DNA of 64,000 nucleotides. It comes from Candidatus Daviesbacteria bacterium. Lineage in GTDB: Bacteria; Patescibacteriota; Microgenomatia; Daviesbacterales; UBA10151. Below, one piece after another: positions 20,320-28,857 of this stretch. Positions within the stretch are counted from its first letter, which is position 1, and each line of letters opens with the position of its first letter. Where the stretch lies: the NCBI GenBank assembly GCA_016187025.1, contig JACPKM010000001.1:320055-384054 (forward strand). The letters are read 5' to 3'. The notes beneath the pieces are model-generated. The model had not been told where the DNA came from. It searched no databases and saw nothing but the letters and a program-made list of their open reading frames with translations. The position numbers were made by a program, and so were the translations under genes.

Positions 20320-21685
20320 GTTGTCTGCCGGGCAAAATGTAAGTGGCATTGATTTTGGCAACTTTAAGAAGGTGATTATAGACATATTTAAATGGAAAGA
20401 CTTGGATGCAGATGGCGTGTTGGACGCAGGTGAACTACCCATTGGCGGTTGGGACATGAGGATAGAGGAACTGAAAAAAATACTCAAAGATTCAACTCCT
20501 AACCCGGTTGAAGGGCAACCACCTATTGAAACATGGACAGATGAAGTTCTTGATGGTTCACTCAGAATTCTTCCCACCAATGAAGATGGTCATGCCCTGC
20601 CGGAAGTAGACAAACCAGGCACTTACAGGGTAACAGAAGGATCAAAAGATAATTTCCAGAGAACCCATCCACTAACTGATTCATTCTTTGATGTATTTGT
20701 GGAGTATAGCGGACAGAGAAGTGATGGTGAAAAAACTTCCATTATTAAAGACAAAAATGGTCAGCCCTTAAGGTTTGGCAATGCTCCTTTCCAGCAGCTT
20801 AGTAATGCAAAATTTGTCCCTACCAGTGGAAATGGGAGCGCTACCACATCTATTATAGTTTTGGGTGACTCCACTATTAGCGTTACAAGCGGCGGCGGTA
20901 CCAGCAGTGTATCTTTACCGGCCAATACAGTTATTACTAAAAGCGGTGGAGGGACAATTGATGTCTCTCAACTCAGCGCCCAAGCGCCGTCAATTGGTTC
21001 TTTGACCGGGTTTGACGCAAATACAGTTGTTGACGGAGCCATGCAATGGGGAATTCCTGATTTTGGTTTGGAGTTTAAAGACGCAGATGGAAATCCAAAG
21101 CCGATTACTTTAAACATCTTTGTTGGCACCAGCCTTAACGAGCAAGTACTAAGTGTTGTTCGATCAGCAGGCCTAACCGGACCTTGGGTGAGTGAGGGAA
21201 TTGAGGATCCTAAAACTTGTACAGTTGCTGCAGGAATTTGTACCTTCAAGGCCACCAAGGCTTCATATTATGCCACCACCCATACAACTCCTGCTTCCAC
21301 TACAACCACCAGTTCTTCTACTTCTTCCTCCAGCTCAAGCAGTGGTAGTGATGGTGGAGATGGTCTGGGTTGTGCGGTCCATGACTGTTCGGTTAAAAGC
21401 ACTTCTTTCCAAAATCAAACAGTAACCTCGGCACAGTTGACTCAAGCACCCGGGCTTACACAGGGGGTTTTGGGAACTCAAACCTCAACAGAGGGTGATG
21501 TAGGAATAGGTCAAGAAGGGGAGGTTAAGGGTGAGAATATAGCTACACCTGGCAGCAGCACATTACCTGTTAATCTAGGTGAAAATAAAAAATCTGGTTC
21601 GGCAAATTTGTGGAAGATTGGTGGTGCTGTTGTAGTTCTAACCGTTATCGCATTTATCTTTCTTAGACTTTTGAAAAAAGCGTAA
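20270..21685 (+). CDS. giant adhesin segment 3 of 3 (second frameshift; Cna-B-like domain continues, Ser/Thr stalk, C-terminal TM anchor)
   Basis: IELSAGQNVSGIDFGNF completes the Cna-B motif begun in segment 2; TTTTSSSTSSSSSSSGSDGG stalk; C-terminal hydrophobic helix plus KKA. Confidence 0.55.
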   Translation: MKLLPQPPPVTVVITIELSAGQNVSGIDFGNFKKVIIDIFKWKDLDADGVLDAGELPIGGWDMRIEELKKILKDSTPNPVEGQPPIETWTDEVLDGSLRILPTNEDGHALPEVDKPGTYRVTEGSKDNFQRTHPLTDSFFDVFVEYSGQRSDGEKTSIIKDKNGQPLRFGNAPFQQLSNAKFVPTSGNGSATTSIIVLGDSTISVTSGGGTSSVSLPANTVITKSGGGTIDVSQLSAQAPSIGSLTGFDANTVVDGAMQWGIPDFGLEFKDADGNPKPITLNIFVGTSLNEQVLSVVRSAGLTGPWVSEGIEDPKTCTVAAGICTFKATKASYYATTHTTPASTTTTSSSTSSSSSSSGSDGGDGLGCAVHDCSVKSTSFQNQTVTSAQLTQAPGLTQGVLGTQTSTEGDVGIGQEGEVKGENIATPGSSTLPVNLGENKKSGSANLWKIGGAVVVLTVIAFIFLRLLKKA

Positions 21686-21743
21686 TATATCTCATTGTTG
21701 CGGATCTATGGTCCGTGCCTTCAGGTTGTGGTAATCTTATCCC

Positions 21744-22547
21744 ATGAGTTTTAGAAAGTATTGGGTTTGTTTCAAATCCGAATGGCAACAGTTCTTAGAA
21801 TACCGGGTAGATCTTTTAATATATACATTAAGTGGTGCAGTTATTCCGTTAGTAGCCCTTGCCGTCTGGTTAGCTGTTTCTTCGTCAGGCGCCAATCTAT
21901 CTTTTTCGCAGGCGGAACTGGTGATCTATTTTTTAATGGCAATGTGGGTTAATATTTTTGTCTCAGCATGGGGAGCCTATTTTATAGGTGAAGATATTAA
22001 AACTGGAGTTTTTTCTAGGTACTTAGTTAAACCATTCTCCTTGTTTGATAATAATTTCATTAATAATATTAGTGAAAAGAGCTTCAAATTAATTATTGCT
22101 TCCATGTTAATGCTCTTTATCGGGTACCTCTTATCAAGGGCGATTCCCCTAGAAGTAAATATATCTTTTTTGTCCTTTAGCTTTTTTACAATCAGTTTGT
22201 TCTTTGCCGCTACAATCTATTTTTTTATGGATATGATTATTGGTCTTGCTACCTTTTGGGTTCATGATAACGAATTTCTAAGATACTTTTCTAACACACT
22301 GCGGGATTTCCTTTCGGGAAGAGTAATTCCTGTACTTTTTCTTCCTGGATGGCTTTATACTATATCGTTTCTGTCACCTTTTAGATATGTTCTCTCTTTT
22401 CCGATTGAAGTTTTATTAAACAAGTTAGGCCTTACAGATTTACTAATTGGTTTTGCAATTCAAGTTCTCTGGGCGATCAGTATGATCTTTTTTTATAAAT
22501 TGTTATATCAAAAAGGTATTAGACTATACCAAGGATTTGGCTCATGA
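21744..22547 (+). CDS. ABC-2 family transporter permease (pair 1, subunit A)
   Basis: 267 aa, 6 TM helices, ABC-2-type topology. Confidence 0.55.
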   Translation: MSFRKYWVCFKSEWQQFLEYRVDLLIYTLSGAVIPLVALAVWLAVSSSGANLSFSQAELVIYFLMAMWVNIFVSAWGAYFIGEDIKTGVFSRYLVKPFSLFDNNFINNISEKSFKLIIASMLMLFIGYLLSRAIPLEVNISFLSFSFFTISLFFAATIYFFMDMIIGLATFWVHDNEFLRYFSNTLRDFLSGRVIPVLFLPGWLYTISFLSPFRYVLSFPIEVLLNKLGLTDLLIGFAIQVLWAISMIFFYKLLYQKGIRLYQGFGS

Positions 22548-23335
22548 TACGTTTTTTAAAGTTGTTTAGTACTTTATTTTCTTTTTCTATAAAAACATAT
22601 CTCGAATACCGAGGGAATGTGTTAGGATCATTTATTAACTCATTAGTTACAGCATTTTTAGTAGTGGTTTTTATTGAAGTTATTTTTTCTCTTTCTCCTC
22701 AAGTAAATGGATGGTTGAGATATCAGCTGCTTTTTTTAACAGGTATTTACCGTATTATGCTTTCTGTTTTTGCAACCTTTTTCTTAACAAGTGTAAATAG
22801 AATGACTTCTTATATTCATCGGGGAGAGTTGGATTTATTATTGACCAAGCCCATCAACTCGCAATTCCTGCTCACTTTTAAAAATATTAAACCATTTGAA
22901 ATGCTGAATAGTCTACCTGGATGGATTATTATTCTATACTCCCTTCAGCAGTTTCCTAGGCATGAGATTCACACTCTAAACATTTTATTTTTGATAATTT
23001 CTCTTATAACGGGTTTGATAATACTTTACAGTTTATATTTTATGTTAGGAACATTAGCGGTATGGCTTAAAAGATTTAGCTCGCTAAATGAGATTTATTA
23101 TGTAATTAGAGAGCCGCTATCCATTCCGGTTGATTTCTTCGGCAGAACTACCTCGCTTTTATTAACTTTTATTTTTCCCTTAGCCTTGATTATTACTATC
23201 CCACTTAAAATTTCACTTAATAAAATACCTTCAAGTTTCTTGCTGATAAGTATAGTTGCAGCAGCTGTTTTTCTATACTTATCTAAGGTATTCTGGAACT
23301 TTTCTTTAAAACACTATACTTCAACAGGTTCATAG
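22544..23335 (+). CDS. ABC-2 family transporter permease (pair 1, subunit B)
   Basis: 263 aa, 6 TM helices, overlaps the previous gene (ATGA). Confidence 0.55.
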   Translation: MIRFLKLFSTLFSFSIKTYLEYRGNVLGSFINSLVTAFLVVVFIEVIFSLSPQVNGWLRYQLLFLTGIYRIMLSVFATFFLTSVNRMTSYIHRGELDLLLTKPINSQFLLTFKNIKPFEMLNSLPGWIIILYSLQQFPRHEIHTLNILFLIISLITGLIILYSLYFMLGTLAVWLKRFSSLNEIYYVIREPLSIPVDFFGRTTSLLLTFIFPLALIITIPLKISLNKIPSSFLLISIVAAAVFLYLSKVFWNFSLKHYTSTGS

Positions 23336-23349
23336 GATAAAATTAATTT

Positions 23350-23394
23350 ATGTCTGATATAGCTATTAAAGTCAAAAACCTTAAAAAATATTAG
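23350..23394 (+). pseudogene. 14-codon remnant mimicking the N-terminus of the ABC ATPase (MSDIAIKVKNLKKY-stop)
   Basis: Aligns with the MSNITIKVNRLKKYYQ start of the ATPase at 23421 at both protein and nucleotide level. Confidence 0.6.
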
Positions 23395-23420
23395 CGCTAT
23401 CGCTGGGTAATATATTTTCT

Positions 23421-24407
23421 ATGAGTAATATAACTATAAAAGTAAATAGGTTGAAAAAATATTATCAGGTTCACCAGAAAGAACCGGGTTTGAGCGGGTC
23501 AATAAAGTCTCTATTTTACAGAAAATATTTTGATGTTAAAGCAGTTGATGATATCTCTTTTGAGATAAAGGAGGGTGAGCTGGTAGGATTTATTGGTCCA
23601 AACGGAGCAGGAAAAACAACCACATTAAAAGTTTTATCTGGACTTTTATATCCTACATCTGGTGAGATACGGGTTTTAGGTTTTGAGCCTTTTAAAAGAC
23701 AGCCAGAATTCCAGAAACAATTCTCCTTGGTTATGGGGCAAAAAAACCAATTATGGTGGGATTTGCCAGCATGGGAAAGTTTTATTCTCAACAAAGAAAT
23801 TTATGAAGTTTCTGAGGATAAGTTCCAAAATACTGTTAGTAAGCTTTCAGAGATGCTTGAGGTAGAAGATATTTTAAAAATCCAAGTAAGAAAGCTATCT
23901 TTAGGACAGAGAATGAAATGTGAGTTGATTGCAGCACTGCTACATTCTCCTAAGGTTTTATTTTTGGATGAACCTACAATTGGGCTTGATGTTGTAGCCC
24001 AGAAAAGTATGAGAGATTTTATCAAAGAATACAATCAAGAATTTAATGCAACTATAATTTTAACTTCTCATTATATGATTGATGTGCAGCAACTGGCCAA
24101 AAGGGTAATTATTATTGATAAGGGAATTATTCTCTATGATGGACTATTGGAAGATATTGTTAAAAAATTTGCACCCCATAAAGTTATTAAAGTGAGTTTC
24201 AGAAGAAAAACCGAGCCGGATGAACTAAAAAAAATTGGCGAAGTTAAAGAATCTAATGATCTTTCAGCCGTTATAGAGGTTTCTTCTAAAGAGGTGGCAA
24301 AGAAGGCAGAGCAACTACTTGATAAGTTCCCAGTTGAGGATTTAACAATTGAAGATCCAGCCATAGAAGATATTATCCGCCAAGTATTTAGCAAAGCTAC
24401 TGCTTGA
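23421..24407 (+). CDS. ABC transporter ATP-binding protein
   Basis: Walker A GPNGAGKTTT, signature LSLGQR, Walker B LFLDEPTIGLD. Confidence 0.9.
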   Translation: MSNITIKVNRLKKYYQVHQKEPGLSGSIKSLFYRKYFDVKAVDDISFEIKEGELVGFIGPNGAGKTTTLKVLSGLLYPTSGEIRVLGFEPFKRQPEFQKQFSLVMGQKNQLWWDLPAWESFILNKEIYEVSEDKFQNTVSKLSEMLEVEDILKIQVRKLSLGQRMKCELIAALLHSPKVLFLDEPTIGLDVVAQKSMRDFIKEYNQEFNATIILTSHYMIDVQQLAKRVIIIDKGIILYDGLLEDIVKKFAPHKVIKVSFRRKTEPDELKKIGEVKESNDLSAVIEVSSKEVAKKAEQLLDKFPVEDLTIEDPAIEDIIRQVFSKATA

Positions 24408-24431
24408 CTCGTCTTCCCTACCTGGGTTACT

Positions 24432-24445
24432 ATGTATCCATACAT
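24432..24445 (+). promoter_or_regulatory. perfect palindrome ATGTATCCATACAT (16-bp TATGTATCCATACATA) overlapping the start codon of the HTH gene
   Basis: Identical to the site upstream of recA; sits just downstream of a TTGACT-N17-TTACTA promoter-like element. Confidence 0.5.
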
Positions 24446-24730
24446 ATGTCCAAACCTAAGATAGATAAGAATATAAATGTTCCAGATCATGTATTAAAAG
24501 ACTTGCTCACCTCTTCTGAGATTAGGATGTTAAAAAACCGCTGGCAAATTATTAATTTACTAAGCGAGGGATTAACTATAAGAGAGATAGCCCAGCAAGT
24601 GAAGGTTGGTACAGATACGGTGGTAAGAACTGCAAAGATGATACAAAATAGAGATATAAACAGCAAAATTAGCGAAGACAAAAAAGCTAAACTACCCACC
24701 TCTTGGATTTTTGGAAAATCAGATGAATAA
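24444..24730 (+). CDS. TrpR/YerC-YecD-like HTH DNA-binding protein
   Basis: About 95 aa; LLTSSEIRMLKNRWQIINLLSEGLTIREIAQQVKVGTDTVVRTAK matches the Trp-repressor-like fold family; start taken at ATG 24444 (ORF-track start 24404 is TTG). Confidence 0.55.
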
Positions 24731-24805
24731 GGACCTAAAGGTTCTTACGACCTGCGGTCTTAAGGACCTGCTTCGATCGCAGAACAAGTTTGTTTTAGGT
24801 GATTT

Positions 24806-25618
24806 ATGTTGTTATCTTTAAGTATCGGCAAATATTGGGCAATTTTTAAAGTAAGCTGGGAAAACGGTTTAGTATACCGGGTTAATTTTTTGGTTTGGAG
24901 AATTCGTTCTATACTAGGCTTGTTGCTCGTTTATTTTATTTGGTGGACTACCTTTCAAAACCAAGATGAGGTTTTTGGATACTCCAGAGCTTCGATGCTA
25001 ACCTATATTATGGTAGCAGCAATTATTAGGGCTGTCATCTTATCTTCTAGAGTAATGGATGTTTCCACTCACATAAATGAAGGATATGTAGTGAATTTTT
25101 TAGTGAAACCACTCAATTTCATCTCATTTTATTTTGCTAGAGATTTGGCTGATAAATTAATGAATATTGCTTTGGTAATTGTTGAAATATTACTTCTTGT
25201 ATTGGTGCTCAAGCCGCCCCTTGTATTTCAAACAGACCCGCTAATACTGTCATTTGTTGCCCTGGCCATTATATTGGGGATAGTACTTTATTTTCTTTTT
25301 GCTTTTATCGTCAGTTTACTGGCTTTTTGGCTGGAAAACACATGGGGTTCATTTTTTTTAGTGTTCGTTTTTCTGGAGTCTTTAGGAGGAGGCATTTTCC
25401 CAATAGATATACTACCTAAAACCATTGCCAATATCTTACTTGCTACACCATTTCCTTACTTTATTTATTTTCCCTCAAAAATTTATACAGGTACTATGGA
25501 ATATTCCCAAATAATTCAAGGATTTATTGTACTCTCGATTTGGTTGTTTGGACTATGGTTGGTGGCGCAAAGAGTTTTAAGCGCAGGGCTCAAAAAGTAT
25601 ACTGCATTTGGTTACTAA
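24806..25618 (+). CDS. ABC-2 family transporter permease (pair 2, subunit A)
   Basis: 270 aa, 6 TM helices; paralog of 21744..22547. Confidence 0.55.
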   Translation: MLLSLSIGKYWAIFKVSWENGLVYRVNFLVWRIRSILGLLLVYFIWWTTFQNQDEVFGYSRASMLTYIMVAAIIRAVILSSRVMDVSTHINEGYVVNFLVKPLNFISFYFARDLADKLMNIALVIVEILLLVLVLKPPLVFQTDPLILSFVALAIILGIVLYFLFAFIVSLLAFWLENTWGSFFLVFVFLESLGGGIFPIDILPKTIANILLATPFPYFIYFPSKIYTGTMEYSQIIQGFIVLSIWLFGLWLVAQRVLSAGLKKYTAFGY

Positions 25619-25621
25619 ACT

Positions 25622-26407
25622 ATGTTGAAAAAATATTTTAAAGTCTGGTTGATTTTTGCCATTAATTCTTTTCAAACGCAGCTAAATTTAAGGTGGACAA
25701 TGCTGGTTTTTTTAATAGGAAAGATGATTCGTTTTGCAATGTTTGCCTTTTTTGTGTTTATCTTACTAAGTAATACTAAAGCTCTAGCAGGATATAACCT
25801 TAACGAAACCCTTCTATTTTATTTGTCTTTTAACCTTGTGGATATGCTTTCACAGCTTATTTTTAGAGAGGTTTATAGATTCAGATACGCCGTAGTCACA
25901 GGAACTTTTGATTTTTATCTTATTAAGCCTTATAACCCGCTTTTTAGGGCATTAACTTCCGGACCGGATTTGATTGATCTGGTGACTCTTGTTCCTCTGC
26001 TTGGAGCCATAGTTTATCTGTTCAATCAACTGCCTCAAATAACAGCTTTGAGCATTTTTGTTTATATTTTCCTAATCTTTACTGCATTGATTATCGCTAC
26101 TTCATTTCATATTTTGGTATTATCTCTTGCCATACTGACAACTGAAATAGACAGTGCAATACTTATGTATCGGGATATTGCAGGTATGGGTAGGTTTCCG
26201 GTTGATATTTATAAAGAACCCTTCAGGAGCGTATTAACTTTTTTAATTCCGGTGGGTATCATGATGTCTTTTCCGGTTAAGGCTGTTTTAGGAATTCTCT
26301 CTGTTACAAACATTGCCTATTCCTTAATTTTTTCTATCACTCTATTTTATTTTTCTCTTTTGGTATGGAATTTTGCCCTGCGGAGATACTCTTCTGCAAG
26401 TAGTTAA
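25622..26407 (+). CDS. ABC-2 family transporter permease (pair 2, subunit B)
   Basis: 261 aa, 6 TM helices; paralog of 22544..23335. Confidence 0.55.
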   Translation: MLKKYFKVWLIFAINSFQTQLNLRWTMLVFLIGKMIRFAMFAFFVFILLSNTKALAGYNLNETLLFYLSFNLVDMLSQLIFREVYRFRYAVVTGTFDFYLIKPYNPLFRALTSGPDLIDLVTLVPLLGAIVYLFNQLPQITALSIFVYIFLIFTALIIATSFHILVLSLAILTTEIDSAILMYRDIAGMGRFPVDIYKEPFRSVLTFLIPVGIMMSFPVKAVLGILSVTNIAYSLIFSITLFYFSLLVWNFALRRYSSASS

Positions 26408-27609
26408 AAAGGATTAGAAGACAAATTAGTAGAAAAAAACAGGTTAATATAATTTTTTGGTAAAAATACTCCTGTCAGATAAGGATAAATCAGCAAAAAA
26501 CTCAAGGAGATAAGTACTAATAGTAAAACTACCAGCTTAAATGTTTTATTATCTTCCCAGTTTCTTCCTAGCTGATAACCTAAGGCAAGAGATAAAAATG
26601 GGGTGCAGGGAGCAAAATGATACAAAAACATAATTCTTGGAGAAAATGCCCATGGCAGTAAAAAGACTAGAAAGCCTAAAACAGGAATAAAGAGATTAAA
26701 CGATTTTTTCTTAATGGATTCAAAAAGAGTAAGGATCAAAGCAATAGATCCACTCCAAAAAAGTAAGGGATTTCCAGATGCAAAAATATTGGCCATCTGA
26801 TCCTCTTTATATTCTACAAAATACCAAACAGGGTATAAGTTTAAAGGCCATGACCACCAGGCAGATGTGTAACTATGCGTAGCCTTGAGTCCTGTATGAT
26901 ACCACCATATTTGCTGCTGGAGCTGGATAAATTGGTCAAAGCTGTGACCTAGTAAAAAAAATGGAATATAGCTTGCTAGGTATACCAGAGGTGGAATAAT
27001 TAAAAACGGCAGGAAATTTAAAATTTTCCTCTCTTTGACTAAAAATAAAAAAATTAAAGGAAGGGTATAAAGGGCAGACCATTTACTAGCCAAAGATAGC
27101 CCTAAAAAAATTGCAGATAAAATTAAGCTTTTTCTTAAAAAGAAATAGATACAAGCCAGCATAAAAGTAACAAAATACATATCATTCATCCCTGTTCGGG
27201 ACTGAACGAAGTTTAGCCCATCCAAAGAAAATAAAAACGCAGCTATCAAAGCTATAATTTCTTTGTGAAATATTTTTTTGGCTAGGGCATATACCAGCAA
27301 AACAGCTAAAACCCCCAATAGTGCACCAGGAAATCTCCAAGCCCAGGAGTCCATGGAGCCAAAAATGATCATAGACAAGGCCATGATTTCTTTTGCCAGT
27401 GGTGGATGCGTCCACTCATAAGCTACTCCTGAAGGAGGTGTATTCCACCATTCCCAAGCTTTTGGATTATTTAGGGCATATTCTTTTGCGGTGAAAGCAT
27501 GATAAACCTCATCGAAAACGTATCCTTTAGGATAATCCAGTCTATAGAATCTCAGAAATGCAGTTAGCATTAATATTAAAATAATCAAATATTTGCTATA
27601 GAGCTTCAT
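26404..27609 (-). CDS. PMT/GT39-family (ArnT-like) membrane glycosyltransferase
   Basis: N-terminal TM helix followed by a loop with VFDEVYHAF (the DE motif of protein O-mannosyltransferases); polytopic. Confidence 0.6.
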   Translation of the reverse strand: MKLYSKYLIILILMLTAFLRFYRLDYPKGYVFDEVYHAFTAKEYALNNPKAWEWWNTPPSGVAYEWTHPPLAKEIMALSMIIFGSMDSWAWRFPGALLGVLAVLLVYALAKKIFHKEIIALIAAFLFSLDGLNFVQSRTGMNDMYFVTFMLACIYFFLRKSLILSAIFLGLSLASKWSALYTLPLIFLFLVKERKILNFLPFLIIPPLVYLASYIPFFLLGHSFDQFIQLQQQIWWYHTGLKATHSYTSAWWSWPLNLYPVWYFVEYKEDQMANIFASGNPLLFWSGSIALILTLFESIKKKSFNLFIPVLGFLVFLLPWAFSPRIMFLYHFAPCTPFLSLALGYQLGRNWEDNKTFKLVVLLLVLISLSFLLIYPYLTGVFLPKNYINLFFSTNLSSNPF

Positions 27610-27618
27610 AAAAATTTT

Positions 27619-28827
27619 TTATAGTTTATATTTATAATAAAAGAGTGCAATAAGAAAAACAGCAACTGATATTATAGATAAAGATTCAAAATTGTTTGCT
27701 AGGATTCTTGCTAAATCTGCTTGATAATTTAAGTTGTGATTAAAGTAATTATAGGGAAGGTACATATTTAAGAGAAATAGGAGTGAGACTATACAATAAA
27801 TCAAAAGAAGGAATTTGGATTTCAAAATCGATGCTCCTAACAGAAAAAAAGCAAAGAATGGAAACAAATATCTTTCGTGAATTCGGGTTAAGAAGATGAA
27901 GAAAGCATACAAAGATAACGCTACTGTTAAATAAATGTAAGGAATTTTAAAAATTGCATTATTTAGTTTGATAAAAAATATTACGACATAACTTACTATT
28001 AATAGAATAATTCCCCAAAAAAGAAGTGGGATATTCAAAAAGATGACTAAGTCGTTTTTCCAATTGCCAAAAACTCCCCAGAAGTTAAAGGCAAAGCAAG
28101 TGGTGCAGTTAAATAGCTCAAGTGATCGTGTATTAGTATGGATTAAACCATAAAAGGGATTTGTTGGGAAAAATGGGAAATAAATTATGGTAACGGTAAT
28201 AATAAAATACAAAATTGTTTTTATCCATCTTAAAAATTTATGGTGGGTTACAATTATTATTAATAATGCTGGACCAAAAGCAATAGCCTGAGGTTTTAAA
28301 GTTAGGGCTACGGCAAAGGGTACTATAGAAAGTTCTGGGTTGTTTCTGAATAGTAGGATATAGCTGGATAACACCAGAAATAGCGTTGCCAGACCATCAT
28401 ATTGTCCCCAAATAGATGTATTAAAAAACACAGCTGGGTTAAAAACATAAAAGATAAATCCCAATATTCCCCACCCATTCCCTAATCTCTTTTTGACAAT
28501 AAGATAGATAAAAATACCAGTCAGTATATCTGCTAGATTAGATGGAAATTTTAGCAATAAATCATAGTCTTTCGAAAAAAAAGATAAGCTAGGGAATAAA
28601 ATAGTCTTAACTAATCCAATAAACCATAAAACATAGAAAAATCCTATTGGATTATTGGTAAAAAAATCCCGGTAATAGAAATTTTGAGGCCCAAATTCGA
28701 CCAATTTAGCACTCCAAAACCTAAAAGCACTCTCATCTCCTTCAAAAGAAGGAAGGAAAGATAGCAGAATACGGAATATAAAAGATATTATTATAATTAA
28801 TATTATTTTTGAACTGATTTTATTCAT
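27619..28827 (-). CDS. polytopic membrane protein, putative GT-C-type glycosyltransferase
   Basis: 402 aa, about 11 TM helices, tandem with GT39-like genes on the same strand. Confidence 0.4.
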   Translation of the reverse strand: MNKISSKIILIIIISFIFRILLSFLPSFEGDESAFRFWSAKLVEFGPQNFYYRDFFTNNPIGFFYVLWFIGLVKTILFPSLSFFSKDYDLLLKFPSNLADILTGIFIYLIVKKRLGNGWGILGFIFYVFNPAVFFNTSIWGQYDGLATLFLVLSSYILLFRNNPELSIVPFAVALTLKPQAIAFGPALLIIIVTHHKFLRWIKTILYFIITVTIIYFPFFPTNPFYGLIHTNTRSLELFNCTTCFAFNFWGVFGNWKNDLVIFLNIPLLFWGIILLIVSYVVIFFIKLNNAIFKIPYIYLTVALSLYAFFIFLTRIHERYLFPFFAFFLLGASILKSKFLLLIYCIVSLLFLLNMYLPYNYFNHNLNYQADLARILANNFESLSIISVAVFLIALFYYKYKL

Positions 28828-28857
28828 CGTCGTAGATATAATCTGTCTAATAAAAAT

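Noticed and set aside
21500-21560. LPVNLG in the adhesin C-terminal region as a sortase motif
   Set aside because: It is not LPXTG, and it is separated from the TM helix by about 13 residues; a C-terminal TM anchor is more likely.
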